Assembly (NCBI GenBank): GCA_964276515.1 | Contig: OZ193910.1 | Location: 558,001 to 622,000, forward strand | DNA from: Gordius albopunctatus | Lineage: Eukaryota | Reading direction: 5' to 3' | DNA length: 64,000 nucleotides | Shown here: positions 53,090 to 64,000 of the stretch, piece by piece | Position numbering within the stretch: the stretch's first letter is position 1 | Layout: each line of letters opens with the position of its first letter | Notes under the pieces: generated by a model | What the model saw: only the letters and a program-made list of their open reading frames with translations | Database searches by the model: none | What the model was told of the DNA's origin: nothing | Translations under genes and position numbers: made by a program

Positions 53090-53144
53090 CCTTTATAATA
53101 CAAAATGATTCAAATAATATTTTATTTAATAATAATGTAAACTA

Positions 53145-55175
53145 TCACATATTAGCCCAATTTCTTAGGCATAAAATGTAATTTACAGAAGAAGAAGAAG
53201 ATATCTGATTTCTTTTTTTTGTTACTAAATTGGATGCAGCAGAAAAGAGTCTTTCGGCCGGGACCGATGTCCCCTGCTGGACTAGATATTTTTTTTCAAT
53301 TTTATATAGCCTAGGGTATTTTCTTTTGTTAATTGCCTACCATTGTAGGATGTCATGCTCCGCTAAAAAATATTATAATTCTACAATATAAATTTACCTT
53401 CAAATAAGGTTGATCCAAATATCTTTTCAACTCTTCGTCTCTAGTTTGGCAATCCCTTTTCAAAATAAAATTAGAATCAAAATAATTTACTCTTCAAGTA
53501 ATTGGAAGGCGATTGCTGTTGAAGATAAGAGTTCTTGTGAGATCTCAATATCTGGAGTTGTTACAGCTAACAACAAATCAAGTTCTATATCATTAGACTG
53601 GGTTAGACAATCCCTTGGCATCTTCTCCTTTTTAGTCGCGGGTCAAGTAGAACCCCAACATAAAAATTAAAAGACCCAAAATATTTTTAATATTGCCCAA
53701 GTTTCTCAAGCATGGACTCGGCTGTTCTTTGAATTTTAGGGTTTGTCTGGGTCAAACCATTTAGATATTTGCGCATTTTATTTAGGTAAAATACGCACAA
53801 TCCTTTTGAAGGATGTGTTTGTGTGGAAATAGAATTTGTCATGACGTCGAATATGGAAAGAAAGGACTCAACTTCTTTTAGACATTTTATATCCTCCTCT
53901 GTACATAATGGGGTATCCGATATACACCCATCTTTAATTCCAAGTGAATTAATTATATTAATATTCTAAAAATTTAGATAAAATTAATTCTTAATTTACC
54001 TTATTAAGCACACTTAGCATCTTAAATGTGCTATTCCATCTAGTGACAATATCCAATGGAATTTTGACTTCTGCCAAATCCGTAAACTTTTGCATTAATT
54101 TTGGGGAAGTATGTAGTTTCCTCACCCATTTGGAAACCTTATTAATATCCTCCTCAAATTCCTTAACTCCGGATTTTACGAATAAATTGATTAGATGCCC
54201 AAAACATCGAATGTGATATATTTCTTCGATTTTTGCTTTATTAATAATATTCATGGCTGATATCATATTAGTGGCATTATCGGTCGTAATAGCCACCACT
54301 TTATTGGATATATTAAATTTGTTTATTATACTTAATATTTTTTTGCCTATATTATTCCCGTATGTGTGTAGGGGATATTTGAAATCTCCAGGGTATAACT
54401 TTTTAATTCAAATTATTCATTTATAACATGGGCAGTTATGCCAATATATGGTATAGACTGAACGCTTGACCATAAATCCAGCGTTAAAGCAATATGGTCA
54501 TTTTCATTTAAAATATTTTGTATCATAGGGAGTTTTATGTCATACAAATTTTTCATATGCTTCATTAATGAGGGTCTAGAAATTATTTGGATGGAATTGT
54601 TAATTGGCTTAAAAAGAGCTTTGAACTTTTTATTTTCTATGAGGCGAAATGATATGCCTTCTTCTATAATCAAGTCTGTAATCAACTTATTTATTTCATG
54701 ATTGTCGTCCGCTGATATATTTACTTTTAACATTTGCTTTTTTGATGTGTCATACACATTTGGGTGGCATGTTGAATAATGATATTTTAGATTACCTAAT
54801 TCAAAAAATTATAGTGAGATCAAATTATTCAAAATTAAATTAAAAATATACTTGTTGATGTTTTCCGCTATAGAACTTATCACATATATTATATCTACGG
54901 CGACTCTTGGTTGGGGTCCACAAAAATTTCGAAGAAGAATCAGATGGAGATAAAATAATTGAAGGTGAATTATTGATTGTGGGTATGGGAATTGAATTTC
55001 TAGGTTCATCTATTATCCTCTTATAAATAAATTAAAAATTTCGTGAAAAATTCTATACTTCATAATTTTGGTCATAACCATAAGAAAAAGCATCACTTTC
55101 ATTTTCATCCATATCCATAGTAGAGCTAGGGTTAGAGTTAGAGTCGAAATCGTGACAATTCGAATTCCTAGACAT
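53145..55175 (-). pseudogene. Intron-containing hAT transposase pseudogene
   Basis: Decayed BED finger, ALTLDLWSS..YIGITAH, ITTDNATNM, HIRCFGHLINL, VTRWNSTFKML, and dimerisation domain YPRL..TSVPAERLFSAAS..CLRNW. In-frame stop (LQW*) and frameshifts, with GT-AG intron-like gaps. Confidence 0.88.
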
Positions 55176-55789
55176 GTTATACGTGAAAAAAGAAATGAAT
55201 GTAAAATGGTATAATAACACCATACCGCCTTGTTGTGCCATAATTTATATATTTAGTTTAGTACTTAACTTAAATCTAATAGGTTTAAATCTGGTATTGC
55301 ACATTGCAACGAGAGAAGGGAGAGAGAGGGTGCATTTGTATATATGTATATGGGGGTGGTGATATGTCTGAGTCGTACGGGATGTTGTTCTCTGATATTG
55401 AAAATATACTTTAATAATATGAATTTGATTAATACAATTAATTTAAAATGTTACCAATATAAAATAAAAGGGACATTATGTAATTAATAAGTCTTTATCT
55501 TTTACAAGAGGCGAGGAATTCAAAATATATTTGAAATTAAATTTTCTGATTAAAATTGCTATTGATTATTTTATTAAAAATGCCGGGAATATTTAGAGGG
55601 GGATCTGCTAGCTGTCATTAACTTGGAATAAAGAATTTTAAAATATTAATTTTTAATTGAAGGATTGAATTCAAAATCTGCTCTCGAATGGCCAGATAAA
55701 TCTCACTTTATAATTGTTTTCTATTTATTGTCATTGAAAATGATAAAAAAAAGGGGCGGGGTCAAATTACCTACCCCCTTCCCCCCCCC

Positions 55790-56547
55790 CCTCTGGTGAG
55801 AATGAAGGTCAAAAATAAAAAGGGGGAGCACCCTGGGTGAGAAAGAGGGTATTGGGGGGGGGGGAACACCTCCCTGCCCCTCACTCCCCCGCATCAGAAA
55901 GAGGGTAAAAAATTAGGAGGGGGCAAAACACCCCACTGCCCCCCCCCTCTCCCCCGCATCAGAAAGAGGGTAAAAATTTAGGGGGAGGGGCAAAACACCC
56001 CACCTGCCCGAAGAGGGTAAAAAATAAAGGGGGGGGGGCAAATCTTCACAAAAATTTTTTCATAAATAAAACATATTGATTCACTACCTAGACCTATAAT
56101 GCATAATAATTAACTATAATTTACTAGAGATTAGATTATAATACTTTTCATTATGACGTCACAATGGGAAAAGTTTCCAATCAGTGACGTCATGATACAT
56201 TTATTTTTATTTTCCTAAATTAAAAGTTCATTACCTATATCTAAATACAGCAAATATGATAACAATACATATAAACAAATTGATATATTTGCATGCCCAA
56301 CCCAAAACGACCAAAACCAAACCAAAAGGTTAATAATATTATCCACCCAAACCCTTTAGGTGTTTAATACACCCAAAGCTAAACGCCAAAGGTGGCCCAA
56401 AAAAATTCACCCAAAACGCTTTGGGGGTCTTTTACGAAAACGCCAAAGCCCTACCAAGAAAATTCACCTAACACTGAAAAGGCTGGGTGAAAAAAACGCC
56501 AACGCTTGCAGGCGACCAATAGAAACCCTTGGCTTTTTACAACACTA
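55790..56547. mobile_element. Right end of a large hAT element: GC-rich subterminal repeats, ~390-bp inverted arm and TIR
   Basis: Repeated CCCCGCATCAGAAAGAGGGTAAAAA (inverted copy at ~51275-51300), the arm at 56110-56503, and terminal TTTTTACAACACTA matching the TAGTGTTGTAAAAA hAT end. Confidence 0.75.
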
Positions 56548-57072
56548 GGGTATATAACTCGTATAAGATATTTGTAATTTTAGAAGTAGAGAATGTAAGA
56601 TATAAAACTCATAAATTAAAGCCTAAAATTTACCTAATATGAGCACACAAGGAAAACTTTAAGTTGAATTATATGTTGCCATAGAACTAAACACAGACTT
56701 AAATTTTGATATAAGCAGCCGATAAATATACTTTTTAAGGCATAAATACAAGCATATGCCAGTTTATTTATTTCAAAGTTATAGCCCTTTGATTGTTAAG
56801 AGAATATTATTAGCTGTGATAATTAGAAATGGGTTGAAGTTGAAGTAGGAACAAAAATAAAATTTATTTTTATAGTTATAAATAACTAAATAATCATATT
56901 ATAAGTGCTGGCATGTTAATTTTCCCTAAATTATAATTATAAAAAATCGTAGACGAATCTTAGAAAAATTCGATGTTATAGACCCAATTGACTATAACAC
57001 CTGGATTTAGATCAGATGGTTATAAGGGTTATGACTCCGTTAAGATCTCACTAATTTTTATAGATTTTTTAA

Positions 57073-60000
57073 ATGGCACTCTTTGATTTAGAAACTAAAA
57101 ATCTATTAGAAGATATAATCGTAAATGAGAATTTTATAGAAACTAATCTTAATAAGGAATATGAGATTTTGAAGGCGAACTTGGACAAGTTAGTTTTTTG
57201 TATATTATTATATAGAAAGTTTAGACAAGATAAATCTGATAATAATTTCGATGATAAAGTTTATATAAAGGTACTCATCATTTTCTATTGTTTTTACATT
57301 TAATACATAAAAGTTTTTTTTTTTTTGTATACTTATTATGTAGCTTGTTTTTTTAATAGGAACAAAATTTCCCTTGTGAACTTTGCCAAAGCCAAAAAAA
57401 TTTGTTTAACAAAGAGTTCTCTAATTTAAAAGACATTCATAATGAACATATGGCGGAATATGAGAAGTATATAAATCGACTTAAAAGCAACATAACAGCA
57501 AAGGTAGGCTTTATTTTTTATACATACTTGTGTTAAATTTTTTAGAATTTGGAATTATCAGAATCATCAGAAAAGTACATAAAATTAAGTGAGAAGTATC
57601 AAGAGTTGCAAGACAAATTTCATGATTTTGAGAAACTGATTTCTCATTTAAAATATGAACAGGATAAATTATGTAATCAATTAAATTTGGAGAAAGAAGA
57701 TAAAGAACAAATTATAAAATTAAAGGACCAATATTGTGGAAAAATTCAAAACAAAATGACTTTAATACAAGTATTTTGTATTATTTAAGTATTTAATGTT
57801 AAACAGCAACAATATGAAGAGAGTCAAGATGAAATATTCAATATTAAAAATGAATTAAAGAATCAATTACTAAAGAATGAACACTTAGATCTTACTTTGA
57901 TGAAATTAAAACAAGAAAATGTGAATTTTAAGGATGAAAATGAGGCATTAAGAAAGGAGTAAATTATACTTATTTAATCTTTTAAAATTTTAACTCATAA
58001 ATATTGTTGATTTATGTAGGTTAAATTCTAAAAAAAATTTGTTAAAGGAAGAGTTAAATAAATTTGATCACAAATATGACACAGAAAATTGTGAATTATT
58101 GACCCAAATGAAACAAATTATATCTCCTTTGGCTAATCAAAATTTGGGTTCAGATGTGGAAACTCTGATTCAAAATTTTCAAACACAAATCTACACATTA
58201 GAAGATGAATATGAGTCCAAACTTAATTTGAACAACAAAAAACTTGTCAAAGAAAAGTATTTAATTATTGTAAATATTTGGGTTAAATTAAGTGACTTTT
58301 ATGCTTATATATTAGATAATTTTTTGAGCTTTTCTATTACAATTTCTTTAAGTGTATAAATTTATAGCTAATTTAATTCATCAATATAAATTATTAAAAT
58401 TAATAAGAGACATGGGTGCTATACTTCTTAAACATGATTGGTTATGGAACTTAACATAGTATAATTAAAAAGGATCATAAATATAATATTAAGAAGGAAT
58501 ATTGAATTAATGATAAAGAATAGGAAAGGAAAATGATAATTATAAATTCCTTATTAAGGCTAAGGGAGGTGATGCAAAATGCTAATAAAAAGGAAAAAAA
58601 GTTATGTATATAAAAAAATATATTAATTTACCAATTCAGCTTTGGCTCAAAATTTCGAAACCTATAAAATAATTATAAGGTATAATATATAATAAATTTG
58701 ACTATTTGTTTTTCATGTATTCCCATATTTTAAAGGAACTATTGGTTGGCAGATACAATATTGTTACTTTTATAAATATAAAAGTAAATTTTTTGAGACG
58801 TTTTAAAATCTTTAATTTGTGTATGAAGGAGTTATAAATTATTTTTTCACGTTTTACAGCGAAGAGTTGAAGGAAAGAGTGGAAGAATTGGTTCAAGAAA
58901 TAATGAGACAACGCGATAAATGGACTTCTCAAGTCCATAAACTAAATCGATTCAAGACCGAACATGAAGAGTTAAATCGAGCTGAAATTTCCAAATTTCG
59001 TCAAATCTCTATGCAAGAAAATGGGTTAGCGTAATATATGATAATCCATCATTATCTTGAACATGTGCTTAGCCAGCATTGGGATTAGGGGAACTTTTTC
59101 AAATTTTAGCCCATAATTTTATTCTCCCTGCCCCCCTGGCTACGCCCATGATCTAAAAATAAATTTTGCAATATATTTTACGATATATCGCAAAAATTTA
59201 GTATATTGAATATTAAATCGAATTTTATCGTCTGCTTTTGTGTGTCTATCCACCACAACCTTTTATAACCTGATAATCAACTCGTCTGAATATTTTTTTC
59301 TCTTTCCATATTTTTAATAAATAAACATTGATCATTTATAAAATTAAATTATTCAGAGATCTTCTTCGTTTGGTGGCAGCCCTAAGAAAAGAATTGGTGC
59401 GAGAAAAAGCTTCGAAAGCGAAGGCTATAGTTGGAAGCAAAGAAGAGATGTCCCAAATTGCCGACCGACATCGCCTTGCCATAAACAAGATGACGGCTGA
59501 AAAAGAGGGATTGATAAAAACTTTGAAAGATGCCAAAGATTGTCTAGACCATTTAGTCGCCCAAAATGAGACTCACAATCAATATTGCTCAAAAGTATTT
59601 TAATTTAGGAAAATAAACATTTTTAAAGTTTAAGGTGTATTTTATAAAGTTTAAATATTCCACAATTTCTGGTTGCTTTATATCAATATAAATATGTCTA
59701 TTATATACATACTTGGTAAATATGTGGTTAAGTAGTTAAAACACTTAACGTTTCCCGCTTACGCAAATGTGCTAGGAAGGATAGCTTGTTGTTGTATCTT
59801 GCCAACTAAAATTAGTTATGTGAATAATGGGCACTAATTATAAGCAGACGAATATGTAAAAGCATGCCTCGTATTAGTGGAGATGTGCGTACGTGGAACT
59901 GTCGGCATCCCTCACGCAAATGAGAAGTGCATCGACAGAGTTTAAATAGCGGGCATTTGACCATGATATAATCATATATTTATTTTTCTACTTGTTGGTC

Positions 60001-61529
60001 CTGTGGGGCGGGGGCGGGGGGTATTTTATTTTTCATCTTTAGATCACGTGAGCGCCGAGGCAACTTGCGCCTGGCCCTGTAGCGATGCACAAAATGCCTA
60101 GGATGGGTCCACCAAAAATGTAGCGGTGTGAAAGGAAGTCTCTTATTGGCAATTCGTACGTTTAGCTGCAAGCCTTGCGTGACAGGACCTCTACCGGATA
60201 ATGCCATAACCGACTTTAACATCGGTAATGGGGAGACGCTAGGAAAAGTTAACACCTTTACCTACCTCGGGGACTCTTTAAGTGCAGATGGGAATGTTGA
60301 CTCGGCAGTTACAGCAAGGATACGACAAGTCTGGAAGAAGTTTAGAGAGGTGGCCCCTCTTTTACCCGGAAAAGGTGTTTCACTCACTTTAAATGGTAAA
60401 GTCTACGCGGCATGTATTAGAAGTTGTCTTGTATATGGAAGTGAAACGTGGGCATTAATGTCGATACATAAAGTCAAATTGGAAAGCACAGAAATGCGTA
60501 TGATAAGATGGATGTCAAACATGTCGCTACGGGAAAGAACAACAAGCAATAAACTCAGAGAAAGAATCGGGATCGAGCCAATCAATGAGGTCATCCAGAA
60601 AAACAGGCTAAGATGGTTTGGACATGTGGAGCGGAAGAATGACGACGACTGGGTGAAGAGATGTACTTCCTTGGAGGTATCTGGAAAGAAACCGCGCGGG
60701 AGGCCTATATGGAAAAAACGGTGCTGACAAAACACGATTCTCATGATCGGATACAATGGAGGAAATGCATTAGGGGAAAACAGGCCAACCCAGGAGATCC
60801 TGGAAAACGGCCTTAAACCGACGAAGCCGGAGAAGAAGAAGCATGAACGAAGAACCAAAGGGTCCCCCCTTACCCAATACCTTACATTTACCCGTAGACG
60901 TCACCGGATATTTCATGACGGCCATCGTCCAGCACATATATTTATATTCTGGAAATCATTATCCGATCCATAAATTATTAATATTGTTATAACTCATTTG
61001 TACATATTGATTCATTAAAATAAAGGAATTAAAACGAGTAAATGGCGGACATAGTAAAAGCAAAATTTTAAGCTAGATATTTGTTTTATTACAGCTTTTA
61101 TTTAAGATATTTATATCATTTTTATATTATAATTTGTTTTATTGTTTCTAAACTCTAGTCGTTGGAGGAGGTTAGTATGCAACACGAAAAGGAACTTGGT
61201 CGTTACAAAGTTTACTTGGCTAGTTTAGAAGGTCAATTAGCAGAAATAATGGCGACGCAAAAAGCCAAACACAAAAAAGTTTTTTAAATAACTTTAATTT
61301 AATTATTATATATCAATACTTTTACAGGAAATAATATTTTAACAATTGTGTTTAGAAAAAGGAAAAGCTGAGATTATTAAAGGAAAATGGCCGACCAATC
61401 AACTATTTTCGACCTAGAGATGGCGACTCTAAACGAACAGCTGATCATGAGCCAGGTCCCAAATTGCAAGAAATCAAGATTGCCGATAAAATATTTTACA
61501 CCATTCCACCCAATTATAAAGGATCCTGA
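57073..61529 (+). CDS. Uncharacterised long coiled-coil protein, multi-exon; start uncertain
   Basis: Consecutive K/E/Q/L-rich exons with GT-AG boundaries (ORFs at 57073, 57549, 58039, 58859, 59357, 61159 and 61356), ending IFYTIPPNYKGS*. No family recognised. Confidence 0.7.
60200..60870 (+). mobile_element. 5'-truncated RTE LINE fragment in an intron of the coiled-coil gene
   Basis: FTYLGD..VTARIRQVWKKFRE..YGSETW..EMRMIRW..RLRWFGHVER..GKKPRGRP is an RTE ORF2 C-terminus, diverged from the 30-33 kb copy. Confidence 0.88.
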
Positions 61530-61648
61530 TATTTTATTTATTAAAACAAATTAAATTTATACACAAGAATCATTCGCATTTATTTATTTCATATTTTTAT
61601 ACGATTTTTTTTGAATTTTCAATAAATTCGTGTTTTTGCGTACGTTTT

Positions 61649-63312
61649 TTACAAGTCGCTACAAAATGGATTTGTGCGGCAATTGTCGTAAAAATAGAAA
61701 TTGTCTCTCTTCGGCTCAGACACCAAACGCAACAAATTTTCGTATTCGTGATCTTGAGAAACGACAACTGCCTCCACATGCATAGCTTGATCTGTCATTT
61801 TGGGTCAAAATAAAAAGTCCCAAAAATAAATATTGAAATTAAATTTTTTCGTGTAAAAATGAGATTTTAGTGTTGATTTGTGATACCATTTTTGAGGTGA
61901 TTAATCCAAAATAGGGTGTGATGCATGTCGTAATCACTTATTTTAGCATCTGTGAATAGTATAAGAACGTTTTTATAATTGCCTGGCCAAATGCTGATAT
62001 CCCAAGGAGCTCTGTAATAAAAGGGAAACATGCCATAAACTTCTTCCAGAGCTTTGTGCAAATAAGTTCCACTCCCTCAAAAAACAAAAATCATTTAATT
62101 TTTAATAATAATAATTTATTTTCTTATAAAATAAAGCGATTTAACAAAAATTGCAATGAAAAATATTCAATCAATTTTATTTACCGTTTAAAGCTAATTT
62201 TTTCAAATTGTCATCAATGGCGTCTACTGATATTCCTTGGCTCAAGGTCACTATCCATTGCAAAGTGCTACTAAATTGAAGTATGCCAACTTTGGATTTC
62301 ACTCCTATCTCGAAAGTGCAATCTATCAACTCTATTGCCTCCTAAAAACACAAGAAAATGTAATTACTTTTAAAGTAGCTAATTAATTATTTTTTATTTT
62401 TAAAAATACTTATTTTTTAAAGATGAAGGAACTAAATTTTAAAAAAGTTATTAAATATTTGGGAAAAACTCCGATATTGATTAACAGATAGTAAAGTAAT
62501 TTGTTTCCCTATATATTTTTTAATCATTTTTAAGGTTTGGGGACCAAAGGTTGTAAGTGAATTAAATAATTTATATTTTTTAAAATAATTTAAACTTACA
62601 CGTAATGCTTTGAGTATGCAAGGGAATTCATTAGTCATACTAGGACTACTATCTACAACAAATACGATGTTCCACATTTTTTGCACTTTGTTGCTATATA
62701 ATCTTTCTCCATATGGACGTTTCTTCCCACATTTCCTTATCTTTTAAAATATAATTAAAATTAAAAATTAAATTACTTTTTTAAAATTATTTTCCGTTTC
62801 GACACAATCGAATAACATGCGCGCCATTTTTTTAGATCCATTTTTGCTTTTTACGAGCCCCGGGGTTTGTATGATGAGCCTTTTTGTTGAATTAGTTTCC
62901 ACTTCAACCTCTTCGATCTCCAAAGGAAAATCGACCCCATTTTTGAAAGTGTGAATTGTTTTATTATCTAAAATCGAAATAAATTATATTATAAAATATA
63001 TCAAAATTATGAACAATTTTATATAAATCGATGTGTACTAGTGGTAGTGTTGGTAAATTCGACCAAAAATAACGCCCCCAGCCATTTTTACAACACTAGT
63101 GTGTACATTATATCAAAAAAAACATCTCATATGTTTAGAATCATTGTTGAATCACTTTAAAAAAGGATAAAATAAATATATTTTTTCCTTAAAGTATTGT
63201 GGGAAAATGTGTATTAGAAATATTTACTTTGTGACGGTACCGATTTAGAATTGGCAAAGCACCATACCATCCACAAATATAAGAATGAGTCAAATGAAAT
63301 TAATTTATACAT
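61649..63312 (-). CDS. Secreted single von Willebrand factor A (vWA) domain protein, multi-exon
   Basis: Signal-like exon MYKLISFDSFLYLWMVWCFANS, then NIVFVVDSSPS (MIDAS DxSxS), KVGILQFSS, GSGTYLHKALE and VLILFTDA, ending ...NPFCSDL*. Confidence 0.72.
63039..63098. mobile_element. 60-bp hAT mini-element
   Basis: TAGTG...CCCAGCCATTTTTACAACACTA with an 8-bp TSD ATGTGTAC/GTGTGTAC. The end matches the 11859 MITE terminus. Confidence 0.7.
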
Positions 63313-64000
63313 AATTGTAAAAAATAAAATATTTTCAACAGTCTTTATAAGCTTAAAAATGGAACTATTTGATTGTAATAAAGTTTCAGGATATGATTTT
63401 TATTTATAGTAATGAAATTTTTTGATGTAAAACCGAGTTTTATATGGTTGGTTTGTATGAGTAATTTCTACAAAACTTAACAGAACCTCGTTAAATCCTT
63501 TATATTACGACGTCTATACTATATTATTCAAAAGATTATATTTGAACTCCAAAAATTGTCATAAAACTATCAAAGGTACCTATATATAATAAAAATGTTA
63601 TTTTTACAACATTTATTTTTATGTTATCACAGAATTAATTTTTTTTGCAAATATATCCCCCCCCCTCTGTATAAAAGATTTAACTCCGTCGGAATGCTCT
63701 GCCTTTTATTCATATGATATATTTAATTTTAGTATACGAAGACGAACAAAGATACAAATCACCCCAGCAAACTTATTTTGAAACTTCCATTTTCACAATA
63801 TCCTAAAAAGTTTATGTATTTATCGATTGTTTTTTTACCAATCTATTGAAGCTATTTACAAGTTCGCACTATGATATTTCCCTTTTTTGTCATAATAAAG
63901 TTAGATTAATCTTATAAATATCGCGTTTTTTGTGAATACGTTGCCTGGATTGAATAAATGGATTCGGTATTTGTCGTTACTAAATTTAATATAGGTATTT

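Overview
AT-rich eukaryotic (animal, probably invertebrate) nuclear DNA with very short spliceosomal introns; the lineage cannot be fixed from sequence alone. Spliced host genes reconstructed by hand: INTS5 (5' part), FRG1, a divergent class C GPCR, a Serrate/Jagged-derived membrane protein lacking the MNNL and DSL domains, a tyrosine pseudokinase with almost no ectodomain, SLC35B2/PAPST1, dCMP deaminase, a coiled-coil protein and a secreted single-vWA protein, plus tRNA-Ser(AGA). Much of the rest is nested mobile DNA: a MULE inside a Ginger-like element, a Gypsy/Mag remnant, an apparently full-length RTE LINE with a TSD, several hAT elements and MITEs with 8-bp TSDs, non-autonomous Helitrons (one carrying an (ACAT)84 tract), and an intron-containing hAT transposase relic between ~390-bp inverted repeats. 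The most notable result is the head-to-head pair of the DSL-less Serrate-like gene and the pseudo-RTK. All homology calls come from remembered family motifs, not database searches.
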